The notes under the pieces: generated by a model | Told to the model about the DNA's origin: nothing | Database searches by the model: none | The model's input: the letters and a program-made list of their open reading frames with translations, nothing else | Virus genome (UHGV): UHGV-1355554 | Reading direction: 5' to 3' (one strand) | Length of the DNA stretch: 41,630 bases | Origin: a virus | In this document: one piece after another, positions 33,575-41,630 of the stretch | Layout: each line of letters starts with the position of its first letter | How positions within the stretch are numbered: the stretch's first letter is position 1 | Program-made: the position numbers and the translations under genes

Positions 33575-35866
33575 TTAGTCAATGTAGTTTCTGACACTAG
33601 GCGTCTTGTATCCGAGTTTACTTCTTTTGGCATGTGCTTGCTCAATCCTCTCTTTCCACGTTGCACCAAACCACATTACTAGTAAATCCTCTACCTGGTT
33701 TATATAGTACTCTTTATCAATATCATCAAGAGTTATCCATCCTTCACCAATAGCTTCATTGTCAATGGCGTAATATTCAGGAGCATTAGGTAAACCTTTA
33801 GTGTATGAATCATCACCAACAATCGTTGTGCCTTCCTCTTCAATTACAGCTCCTCGTTTCACCTTGAATATTTCAACAGCTTTATTAGGGTCTTTTATTG
33901 CAAATGTACGGTTTACTTTTTGTGCTTTCTTTTCATTACCTTCACTATCACGTACAATAGTATCATCAAATGTCCAGCCAGTTTTAGTAATCATTTGGAA
34001 CTGACGTAGTTCGTCGCATTCATTGATAAACTCTTTATAGTCTTTACCAGCAACTACATAGTTAATGAATGCATTTGAAACAATTGCTTTAGATACTTTC
34101 AAACCATTTGTTAAACCAATAGCACCTTTAAACTTCACTTTTCCATCAGTTGTGACAGCCAAGTAATTATTTACATTGGCTTGATATATTTCTCTGAACG
34201 GATCATCATCTAATGTGTAACCTGTTCGTTTCATCCAATCATTTGCAATCTCATCAATGGCTTTTTCATCTTCTTCACTGAATGGAATATAATAATGTGC
34301 GTCTGTGTTTGATTGAATAATAGTAGCGTGGTCTTCAATCTTTTCTAGTAAATCCCACATGGCCATCTGTCCAGTAATACATACTAATAACCTCATGCGC
34401 GGATCATATAGTTTATTAAACTCAGCTCCCATTGCACCATATTTAGTATTTAGAGGTAGTTTGTAACCATTAATCAATAACTTAGTTGGAATCTGAACGC
34501 CTTTAATTTCAGTAAATTCTTTATTAGAATACTTAGCTTCCATCCGTTCATCTAATAACATTTGATAGATATGCCGCTTATCTTCTGGGATGTTTCTTGA
34601 TAAGTAGTCAAACAATACCATTGTATTTGGATACAACGAACCTACGTCACGTGCGTGGAAGTTTCCTACATGAATAAATGACTCTTTAGCTCCATGAATA
34701 CCACCTACTCCTAAAACCTCTGTTACGTCTCTACGTGGTACATCTAATGAAATGCTGGCATGTCCTTTTTCATTAGCTTCAAAATCATCTGTCATAAACG
34801 CCTGACGGATTGTCTCTGACTCAATTTCAAAACCTTCTGGCAGTTCATACTTGTCTAACTCGTCACCTCTATCAGGTGTTTTTTCAGCCCCTAATAATTC
34901 AGCAGTCAAGTTTGCGTTAGTCATTGAGAGTGCCATTTTATCTAAACCAAAATATAAGGCAATTGCAGCTTTAGCTACTAACATACCTATGTTTTGTTCA
35001 AAGCGTTTTTCCGTAGCTAACACGTCATTTTTACAATATAGCTCGTTCAATACTTGTTCTTCTTCAGTTAGTTCTCTATCTAAATCAAAGTCTACTTCAG
35101 TTTCTTTAATATTAATACCCATGAACGCACTATGTTCTTTCAAACTAAAACCCCTATTGTCTTGATACAAATCCATCCCAAACAGTGGTGTTTTCTTAGT
35201 ATCAAACATTTTATATACTAATGCTCTATCATCACTTTCAATAATCGCTTTTGACACATGAAATGGATTTTTACCTTGTAAATATGCACGCATGACATTG
35301 GAATCATATGAGTGTGAGTTATAACCAACAAATAATGAATCTCTATTCGCTAGATAGAACTTGCGTAACGCATCTAAATCATTATGAATAACTGTCCATT
35401 CTTTAGTGAAGTAATCTCTAAAGACAAATAAATTATCTTTTTTAAATACTTCAATATCATAAATATAAATTGTTTGGTTGGTTAGTGCCTCATTTGGTTT
35501 CTCAGGTAAATCTTCAAGCACTGCTCCTTTTTGATTTATGGTTACATTTGGGAAACCATTGTTGTATTTTAGAGTGATGTTTAGTTGCTGTCCAACTTCT
35601 ATATTTTCCCACGTTTTCCAATCTTGTTTACGAAACTTCATAATATAGATAGTAGCATCTCTACCATCTTTTAAACTTCTAAGCTTAATCTCACGCATTT
35701 TTTTACCTTTTGCAGATAAACGTTCCTCTGATTTAATAACTACAACTTGATGGACACCTTCTACTAGCGGATCAAAACTCTTGGCATTGCCTGCAAGTGC
35801 TGCGAATATTTCTAATAGCTTACTTGCTAACTTTTCAGCACCTTTGAATTCTGCAATATTTTTCAT
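33575..35866 (-). CDS. Family-B DNA polymerase with 3'-5' exonuclease domain
   Basis: Exo I YIYDIEV, Exo II YNSHSYDSNVM, Exo III YCKNDVLATEK. Pol motif A DVGSLYPN, motif B-like KLLINGYKLPLNTKYG, motif C region SNTDAHYY. Confidence 0.8.
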   Translation of the reverse strand: MKNIAEFKGAEKLASKLLEIFAALAGNAKSFDPLVEGVHQVVVIKSEERLSAKGKKMREIKLRSLKDGRDATIYIMKFRKQDWKTWENIEVGQQLNITLKYNNGFPNVTINQKGAVLEDLPEKPNEALTNQTIYIYDIEVFKKDNLFVFRDYFTKEWTVIHNDLDALRKFYLANRDSLFVGYNSHSYDSNVMRAYLQGKNPFHVSKAIIESDDRALVYKMFDTKKTPLFGMDLYQDNRGFSLKEHSAFMGINIKETEVDFDLDRELTEEEQVLNELYCKNDVLATEKRFEQNIGMLVAKAAIALYFGLDKMALSMTNANLTAELLGAEKTPDRGDELDKYELPEGFEIESETIRQAFMTDDFEANEKGHASISLDVPRRDVTEVLGVGGIHGAKESFIHVGNFHARDVGSLYPNTMVLFDYLSRNIPEDKRHIYQMLLDERMEAKYSNKEFTEIKGVQIPTKLLINGYKLPLNTKYGAMGAEFNKLYDPRMRLLVCITGQMAMWDLLEKIEDHATIIQSNTDAHYYIPFSEEDEKAIDEIANDWMKRTGYTLDDDPFREIYQANVNNYLAVTTDGKVKFKGAIGLTNGLKVSKAIVSNAFINYVVAGKDYKEFINECDELRQFQMITKTGWTFDDTIVRDSEGNEKKAQKVNRTFAIKDPNKAVEIFKVKRGAVIEEEGTTIVGDDSYTKGLPNAPEYYAIDNEAIGEGWITLDDIDKEYYINQVEDLLVMWFGATWKERIEQAHAKRSKLGYKTPSVRNYID

Positions 35867-35967
35867 TCCTTACTTCCTCTCTCGTTTGAATATAATATAG
35901 TATATCACGTCTATTGCTAATACACAAGTACAAAATATAAACTCTATGAAGCTCTCTATTGTGTGTC

Positions 35968-36201
35968 TCATTGGAAGAGCCTAAACTGTCTTGGATGACC
36001 TTGCGTTTGCATATATAACACATCATCTAACTTATACACAGCAATCGTTTTCTTCTTGTTTGCAATCATCATTTGCGTTGGATCAATCTTTATATATACC
36101 TCATTAAAATGTCTATTAATGATTACACCATCTTCATCTTTCACTGTAAGTACTAACTTGTCCACTAACATCATGTATTTTTCCTCCTTATTTGAAATCA
36201 T
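35968..36201 (-). CDS. Hypothetical protein (77 aa)
   Basis: ORF. Confidence 0.45.
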   Translation of the reverse strand: MISNKEEKYMMLVDKLVLTVKDEDGVIINRHFNEVYIKIDPTQMMIANKKKTIAVYKLDDVLYMQTQGHPRQFRLFQ

Positions 36202-36520
36202 CTTTATTCATCAATGCACCAATAATATTGAATAGTGAAATAATTGTAGGAATGCCTGTCCAACAGAACACTAGTTTAATAAGTCCTGTTACTGGTTTTC
36301 CAACGTAGAAATCATGTGCGCCAATTCCTCCTAAGAAGAGTGCTAGCAATAAATAAACAGTCAAACTTGGCTTACTAGAATCCTCTTTCATGCTTTTAAG
36401 TTGTGCTAATTTTTCCTTTAAAATTTCGTTTTGTAATTGATCGTTAGTCATTTCTTTTTCCTCCTTATGTGGTGCGTTCATTTTCTTCAATGTTTCTAAT
36501 ACTGGATTTTGTTTTGTCAT
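36188..36520 (-). CDS. TM2-domain membrane protein
   Basis: LLLALFLGGIGAHDFYVGKPVTGLIKL is the TM2 signature. Confidence 0.6.
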   Translation of the reverse strand: MTKQNPVLETLKKMNAPHKEEKEMTNDQLQNEILKEKLAQLKSMKEDSSKPSLTVYLLLALFLGGIGAHDFYVGKPVTGLIKLVFCWTGIPTIISLFNIIGALMNKDDFK

Positions 36521-36556
36521 TTTAATTACGTCCTCTCTTTATCTTATGAGTTAATT

Positions 36557-36769
36557 TTACCATGCAATGTTCACTTTGTCAATTGTTTTCACTGCTAATT
36601 TTAAATCTTTTTCTAGGAAACCTTCTGTGGAACCGCTGTATAACTTAACCATATACTCCCATCCATCAACTGGTTCATACAGCTTATACAGAATCACTCC
36701 TTTGTCACCTTTATCACCAAAACCTTCAAGATTGTCTCGCTCTAGTTCTACTATATTTCCAACATTCAT
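36557..36769 (-). CDS. Hypothetical KOW-like small protein (70 aa)
   Basis: MNVGNIVELERDNLEGFGDKGDKGVILYKL. RBS AAAGGAG. Confidence 0.45.
   Translation of the reverse strand: MNVGNIVELERDNLEGFGDKGDKGVILYKLYEPVDGWEYMVKLYSGSTEGFLEKDLKLAVKTIDKVNIAW
36564..36592 (-). promoter_or_regulatory. Early promoter cassette (TTGACA-17-TAAAAT plus leader TAACTCATAAGATAAAGAGAGGA)
   Basis: Lies inside the 3' end of the upstream ORF. Confidence 0.4.
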
Positions 36770-36770
36770 T

Positions 36771-37319
36771 TTAATCTACTCCTTTATATTTGAATGTGTA
36801 TCCACCAGTTTGTCTGCGTCTACCTTTTAGAACTGATGTAATATTTCCTGAATTAAGTCCCAATTGTCTAGTGCATTCGTTAGTACTATTGAACTTCGTA
36901 GACTCGCCAGTCGTTAGATTAGTTGCAATGATTGGAATACTATTCGTTTTAGCCATTCTTTCATTACGTGTTCCGTGATTAATATTTTCCTTAGTAGTCA
37001 TCCATTCTAAATTTGGAACTTTATTGTTAGTTTTATTCTCGTCTATATGATTAACATCTGACTTATTTTCCGGGTTTGGTATGAATGCTTGAGCTACTAG
37101 ACGATGGATTCTCTTAGTAGATCCAATATTGTTTTTATATAAGTTAACTACTAGATAGCCAGTGATATGTTTACTTCCCTTCAAAATTCTATCAGTATAT
37201 GAACTCTTAACCCTCCCAAGAGCACTAACCTGATACAACCCTTCATATCCTTCAATATCTTTCCAAATCTCTTCCATTTTTATCTTCCTCCTCTTTATCT
37301 TACAAGTTAATTTTAACAT
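36771..37319 (-). CDS. HNH homing endonuclease (NUMOD4 plus HNH_3)
   Basis: [53 protein letters not shown]...NLEW...GGYTFKYKG. Confidence 0.85.
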   Translation of the reverse strand: MLKLTCKIKRRKIKMEEIWKDIEGYEGLYQVSALGRVKSSYTDRILKGSKHITGYLVVNLYKNNIGSTKRIHRLVAQAFIPNPENKSDVNHIDENKTNNKVPNLEWMTTKENINHGTRNERMAKTNSIPIIATNLTTGESTKFNSTNECTRQLGLNSGNITSVLKGRRRQTGGYTFKYKGVD

Positions 37320-37338
37320 GAATACAAAAAGAAGTCAA
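37310..37338 (-). promoter_or_regulatory. Early promoter cassette (TTGACT-17-TAAAAT plus leader TAACTTGTAAGATAAAGAGGAGG) for the HNH gene
   Basis: Read directly. The -35 element overlaps the terminator stem at 37328-37358. Confidence 0.45.
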
Positions 37339-37358
37339 CCATTTAGGCTAACTTCTTT
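37328..37358. terminator. Bidirectional terminator (AAAGAAGT...ACTTCTTT, A-run and T-run flanks) between the SSB-like gene and the HNH gene
   Basis: Read directly. Confidence 0.45.
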
Positions 37359-37368
37359 TACATTTATT

Positions 37369-38061
37369 TTAAAATGGTAATTCTTCGTCTGTTACTGATT
37401 CTTTCTGGTCATCAGGATCAAGTGGTTGTGCTTCTAACCATCCATAAGGTGATTTGGGGTCCAACATGTTTTTGTTGACAGTACAATCCACAACCATTCC
37501 AATAGCCATGTCAGCAGTATCCCATGTTACATTTACATCTTCAAACAGCTCATTGAATCGTGCTTTTGCTTTTGCGAGTTTAGCTTGATTAGGAATAAAT
37601 TTGTTTAATTTCTCAATATATACACCAGAGTTGAAGTTGAATGAATAATACTTGCCCTCATGTTCTACCACTACAGCACGTCCTTTTGCGCTGTCTTTAA
37701 TTTCAACAATTGGTACTTGCTTCAAGCGTTTCAGTGAAACTAATGGTTTCTCAATCTTCTTGAATGAACTTCCTTCTTCAAAGTAGGCTTTTCCCGTCTC
37801 TTCGTCTACGTACATTTCTAACTCTTTATCTTCAAGATTATCAAACGATCCACCTAATATTTCTAATGCTTTTTCAAGGCGTTCTTTACCTTTTACATCC
37901 TCATCCGTGAAGTTGTTCCACGTTTTAGAGTCTTTATCATATGTTTGTTTAAATACTGCGGCTTCATAAATAGCACTATAATCTTCACTGGCTACCTGTA
38001 ACTTCACACTGATATCATCTTCCTCTGCGCTAACAATAATTACTTTTTTCAATTCTGACAT
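37369..38061 (-). CDS. Putative gp2.5-like ssDNA-binding/annealing protein (acidic C-tail ...DEELPF)
   Basis: About 230 aa. Acidic C-terminus ending in Phe, as in T7 gp2.5 and SSB tails. ATG at 38061 after GGAGG. Confidence 0.35.
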   Translation of the reverse strand: MSELKKVIIVSAEEDDISVKLQVASEDYSAIYEAAVFKQTYDKDSKTWNNFTDEDVKGKERLEKALEILGGSFDNLEDKELEMYVDEETGKAYFEEGSSFKKIEKPLVSLKRLKQVPIVEIKDSAKGRAVVVEHEGKYYSFNFNSGVYIEKLNKFIPNQAKLAKAKARFNELFEDVNVTWDTADMAIGMVVDCTVNKNMLDPKSPYGWLEAQPLDPDDQKESVTDEELPF

Positions 38062-38143
38062 TTTAATTTCCTCCAATTAATTTGTTTTATTTTCTCTCTT
38101 ACAAAATCTATTATATCATATATTCCCTTACTTGTGTAGCCTA

Positions 38144-38962
38144 TTACAGTATCTCATAATCAATTTTAAGTTTATTCAAGTCTTCTTTCTTCACTTTGAT
38201 TGTCACATATTCAACTGGTTTAGGAGCCTCCTGTTTTTGCTCGTTCCCCGTGAGTATCACAATATCAGGTACTTTCGTTTCTTTTACCCTAGCCTGTTCT
38301 TTTTCAAGACGTTCTTTCTCAGCAATCATACTGGCATAGTCAATAATAGCTTCTTGCATATTAAAGCCATTTTTAGAGTAGGCAATCAAGATGGCTGAAC
38401 GATCGTCTTTGTCTGGATATTGTGTTTTTAATAGGTCATAGTCCTGTTTAAATGTTTCAAAATAAGAAACCACTGATTCACGTATCTTTTTAGCACTGGT
38501 TGCCTTATTAGTAATTAGTGTTGGATTTTTGGCAATGAACTTATCAAAAGTAAGCCACTGTGGAGCGTTATATGACTTTTGATATTTCTTAAATAAGTCC
38601 TTGATTTGTAACTTGCGTTTTTCCTGTTCACGAGCAGTAATCTCTTTAATTTGAGCATTTATATGACCCTCACCTTCACCAAGCACCTCTTTCAATACTT
38701 TTATTTTCTCGTTGAGTTCGTCATAGGGTGTCATAATTTCACGCTTAACAGCTAGACGTTCTGAATCTAGTTTTTTAATCTCCTTCCTAATCTCAGCAAG
38801 AAGTTTTTTGTTTTCAATAATGTTTTCCTCATTTACTTCTTGCTCTTTCATACGGTCAGCTAATCTCCTAACATCTTCAAGTGTTTTTTCGTAGCCAATG
38901 AATTGTATTTCATGTTTACCTGTAGATTGAATTGATAATTCAAAATTAGTTGACTTTTTCAA
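38144..38962 (-). CDS. Hypothetical coiled-coil protein (start uncertain: TTG 38962 or internal ATG)
   Basis: Long ORF. The N-terminal 40 codons overlap the 3' end of the frameshifted HNH gene. Confidence 0.45.
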   Translation of the reverse strand: MKKSTNFELSIQSTGKHEIQFIGYEKTLEDVRRLADRMKEQEVNEENIIENKKLLAEIRKEIKKLDSERLAVKREIMTPYDELNEKIKVLKEVLGEGEGHINAQIKEITAREQEKRKLQIKDLFKKYQKSYNAPQWLTFDKFIAKNPTLITNKATSAKKIRESVVSYFETFKQDYDLLKTQYPDKDDRSAILIAYSKNGFNMQEAIIDYASMIAEKERLEKEQARVKETKVPDIVILTGNEQKQEAPKPVEYVTIKVKKEDLNKLKIDYEIL

Positions 38963-39438
38963 AATGATACCCTCCTACACTTTTACGTTTTCCACGTATA
39001 ACTCTACTTAAATCACCATTGTCAACATTTAGTTTTTTAGCACAGTCAATTAGACTGTCATATATTACACCTGTTTCTAAACATCTTATTTTAATTGAGT
39101 TGTTTTGACTTGATCGTTTGTTTCTAGTTCCATGATTTGCGTTTTCTTTTGCAGTAACCCATTCTAAATTATCAACTCTGTTGTTTGTTTTATCCTCATC
39201 AATATGATTTACTTGTGGCTTGTTTTCTGGATTGGGTATGAACGCTTGCGCTACTAAACGATGAATATTAACTCTACGCTTATTTTTTTCTATTACTTAG
39301 GTGTACATTCAAGTATCCCGTTTTGTGTGTATTGTAAGATAGTTGTTTATTAGTATACTTTCTACGAACATTTCCTAAGTTGCTAACTTCATATACATCT
39401 TCATATGATTCAATATCACGCCATACTTCGTTCTGCAT
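38946..39438 (-). pseudogene. HNH homing endonuclease (NUMOD4/HNH_3) interrupted by a +1 frameshift in an A7 run (plus-strand T7 at 39283-39289)
   Basis: MQNEVWRDIESYEDVYEVSNLGNVRRKY...HLSNRKK*, then out of frame ...[32 protein letters not shown]...GGYHFEKVN. No ORF of 60 aa or more in the track. Confidence 0.7.
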
Positions 39439-39598
39439 TAACCTCATCCTCCATCTGAAGGCGTTTATACTCTACTGCAAAAAGTTCATCAATCGTATAA
39501 TTTAATTTGAATAACCATTTGTATTTTTCAATTATAGCAAACAGCTGGTTTTCAGTGTATCCATAATCTAATTTCAAAAGGGTTTTATAGTTCATCCT

Positions 39599-39826
39599 CT
39601 ACAGTTCCTCCTTCAGCAAATTCAAGTCATCATCACTCAAGCGGTCAATCAGTTCAATATCTTCTTCACGTACTTCCTCAAAGCGCGCTGCAAACTCTCC
39701 GCTTTCAACTAATACAAGAATGTTTCCAAACTTGTCTACATGTTGTACAGTACCCTCATCACCTTGTGCTGCGTGCATTCCATAATTGTTTGTGAATTTT
39801 ACTAGATCTCCATATTGGTATTTCAT
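39599..39826 (-). CDS. Hypothetical protein (75 aa from ATG 39826)
   Basis: GAGGAGGAAGAAAA precedes the ATG. Acidic C-terminus. Confidence 0.5.
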   Translation of the reverse strand: MKYQYGDLVKFTNNYGMHAAQGDEGTVQHVDKFGNILVLVESGEFAARFEEVREEDIELIDRLSDDDLNLLKEEL

Positions 39827-39861
39827 TTTTCTTCCTCCTCTGTCTTTATGTTTTAATTGTA

Positions 39862-40617
39862 TCATCTTACTAACCAGTTGTCAACATCTTTTTGAGTTAT
39901 TTTTCCTTTTGAACGTTTAATTAACCCCTCAAAAGTGCGATATGTTTCTGACTGGTGTAGTTCTACATTAATCATATCAGGTTTTCCAAATTTGTCAACA
40001 AATAACTCTCTTTCTGTTGTACTCAAGTGACGGTAACTACCATTACTAAACACGTCATATCCAGTGTGCGTTTTAGTTGATTCGTAAAATTCAATGACTT
40101 TAGGGTCATAATTAGCTTCAAGCAATAGTATATCAATCTTTATATCATTTTCCAAAAGATACTTTTCATAGTCTGTCATTGTACTTAAATCAGTGGCAAA
40201 CAGAGTGTTTTGGTTAGGGGTCTCCATAATGAAACCATGTGTTTCTGCATACTCTTCTCCAGCTCCATGATAATTCTGAAGTGTTGTGAACTTAACTTCA
40301 CCAATTTGAAATTGGAAGTCCTCTTTGAATATAAGGTCTAATTGTGGTAAGCTACGTTTTTTCAAGTTGTCTTGTACTTCTTGATTACCTAATATTTGAA
40401 TATGTGGAAAGTTTTCTCTAATCTTTTTATATGTTGTATATACAAGATGATCTTGGTGGCGATGAGTTAACAAAATAAATTGCTTGTTAAATAAATAGGG
40501 CTCAATGTGTTTATATGGCTTCCCTATGTCAATTAAGAATCCTAAATTATCATAATAGATAGAGGCGCAGTTTCCTTTACTTCCTGTATAGTGAATATCA
40601 AAACTAAATTCGTTCAA
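39862..40617 (-). CDS. MBL-fold metallo-hydrolase
   Basis: [11 protein letters not shown] (HxHxDH). TTG start 8 nt after GGAGG is assumed. The track's start at 40632 overlaps the HNH gene. Confidence 0.65.
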   Translation of the reverse strand: MNEFSFDIHYTGSKGNCASIYYDNLGFLIDIGKPYKHIEPYLFNKQFILLTHRHQDHLVYTTYKKIRENFPHIQILGNQEVQDNLKKRSLPQLDLIFKEDFQFQIGEVKFTTLQNYHGAGEEYAETHGFIMETPNQNTLFATDLSTMTDYEKYLLENDIKIDILLLEANYDPKVIEFYESTKTHTGYDVFSNGSYRHLSTTERELFVDKFGKPDMINVELHQSETYRTFEGLIKRSKGKITQKDVDNWLVR

Positions 40618-41125
40618 TGTGCCAACCTCCAACTGTTTTACGTTTACCAGATATTACATCTGATACATGTCCGCTTGATAAACCATATTTTAAACAAAAT
40701 TCTTTCTGAGAATTATATTTTTCTTTGATGTTACTTTTAGTACAAATGATAGGTTTACTATTTGTTATACACATTCTTTTTATTGCAGTGCCATGATTTC
40801 TATTCTCTTTATTTGTCATCCACTCTAGGTTGTATACCATGTTATTAGTCTTATCCTCATCAATATGGTTTACCTGTGGTTTATTTTCAGGGTTTGCTAT
40901 GAAAGTTTCTGCTACTAGACGGTGAATTGTCTTAGTAGATTGAATACCATTTTTAGATAATCCAACTCTTAAATATCCTTTCCTATTTACTGATGGTTTC
41001 AAAATCCTATCCGTAGTATTGGTATTGTTTACAGTATGCCGTTTCAAAGATTTAACTCTCCCTAAATTACTTACTTGATATCTACCTTCATATCCTTCAA
41101 TATCTTTCCAAACTTCTTCACTCAT
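40604..41125 (-). CDS. HNH homing endonuclease (NUMOD4 plus HNH_3)
   Basis: [54 protein letters not shown]...NLEW. Confidence 0.85.
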   Translation of the reverse strand: MSEEVWKDIEGYEGRYQVSNLGRVKSLKRHTVNNTNTTDRILKPSVNRKGYLRVGLSKNGIQSTKTIHRLVAETFIANPENKPQVNHIDEDKTNNMVYNLEWMTNKENRNHGTAIKRMCITNSKPIICTKSNIKEKYNSQKEFCLKYGLSSGHVSDVISGKRKTVGGWHIERI

Positions 41126-41586
41126 TTATTTCTATCCTCCCATCTAAACCCTTCCAATTCCCATAATTCTTTACCAAGTTCCGTTGCTGTCTTCCATTTA
41201 TCTTTATCTATTGCATTGTTAATTTCAACAATCAGAGCATGTCGTTTTGGCTCTACTTTCTTTCTAAAAGGACGTGCTACACGTTCTACCCCTTCTTTTG
41301 GATTGATGGCGTAACCAATGTTGGTATAGTGACTATTTTGTACGTTGCCATCTTTAAAATATAAATATCCTAGATTATGCTCATTTTTAACAAACATATC
41401 TGCCACTAATTGAGAGATATAGAACTTACGTGACTTCTTATGTGACCCATGAAGAACCACGTACATCTTTCCATTCTTTTGGTCAACTAGTTCCGTTTCA
41501 TATCGGTCTTTGTCTAAATGAAACACATGACCCTCATCTGTTATGGCGTACATATCGTACGGCTCGTTCAATGGTTCAAATCTCAT
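41122..41586 (-). CDS. HNH_3-like homing-endonuclease homolog with a degenerate catalytic motif
   Basis: [10 protein letters not shown] / YVVLHGS...[11 protein letters not shown] align with the NUMOD4/HNH_3 copies. The expected NHIDxxxxNN is [15 protein letters not shown], so the His is lost. Confidence 0.5.
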   Translation of the reverse strand: MRFEPLNEPYDMYAITDEGHVFHLDKDRYETELVDQKNGKMYVVLHGSHKKSRKFYISQLVADMFVKNEHNLGYLYFKDGNVQNSHYTNIGYAINPKEGVERVARPFRKKVEPKRHALIVEINNAIDKDKWKTATELGKELWELEGFRWEDRNK

Positions 41587-41630
41587 TTTGTTTTTCCTCC
41601 AATTTTATTAGTTGGTCTACATAGACCTTC

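Noticed and set aside
31158-38398. Plus-strand ORFs (31158, 33801, 34851, 36567, 36790, 38132, 41075, 41430) and short minus-strand ORFs inside plus-strand structural genes (12476, 13070, 14321, 15102, 15866, 16346, 16917, 19008, 19028, 19398, 25808, 26360, 27499)
   Set aside because: Antisense overlaps of confidently assigned genes. Compositionally biased translations.
1-41630. Integrase, repressor or attachment site indicating a prophage
   Set aside because: No tyrosine or serine recombinase motifs, Cro/CI-like HTH pair or flanking bacterial genes were seen. The window looks like a virulent or at least excised phage genome, though a lysogeny module could lie outside it.

Overview
This window reads as most of a tailed-phage (siphovirus-type) genome from a low-GC Gram-positive host, with three blocks. 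Bases 1-8500 are a minus-strand early/replication arm, 8970-31640 a plus-strand packaging/head/tail/lysis block, and 31740-41630 a second minus-strand early arm. I could not identify the phage; the lysin, the homing-endonuclease load and the GC content suggest a Listeria- or Enterococcus-like host, which is speculation. No tRNA, CRISPR array, integrase or repressor was recognised.

Gene content:
- Replication arm 1: AEP-family primase-polymerase with PriCT_1, SF2 helicase, GIY-YIG homing endonuclease, VRR-NUC nuclease and a D5-like SF3 primase-helicase.
- Structural block: small genes, a terminase-associated HNH, P27-family terminase small subunit, terminase large subunit, HK97-type portal/protease/capsid, head-tail genes, major tail protein, G/GT chaperone with a -1 frameshift, a 1496-aa tape measure protein with two peptidoglycan-hydrolase domains, Dit/Tal/RBP, an XhlA-like gene, holin and an Amidase_2 endolysin.
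- Replication arm 2: PnuC-like transporter, deoxynucleoside kinase, NrdH redoxin, family-B DNA polymerase, TM2-domain protein, a gp2.5-like SSB candidate and an MBL-fold hydrolase.

Nine homing-endonuclease-type genes or remnants are present: six NUMOD4/HNH_3-type (one a catalytically degenerate homolog, one frameshifted, one an N/C-fused stub), an AP2-like HNH, the terminase-associated HNH and one GIY-YIG. A stand-alone homing-endonuclease DNA-binding-domain ORF also sits in the cos-proximal region.

Non-coding highlights:
- An iteron/palindrome/AT-rich cluster between the divergent early and late promoters, a candidate origin of replication.
- A promoter-structured RNA-terminator unit between the terminase small and large subunit genes, a candidate sRNA or cos element.
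- A C-tract cos-like region packed with endonuclease fragments.
- A 20-bp inverted-repeat operator shared by two early promoters, with a compensatory base change.
- An early promoter-leader cassette reiterated six times.
- A lysis cassette bracketed by imperfect direct repeats.
- A split Ig-like/FN3 domain downstream of the capsid gene.
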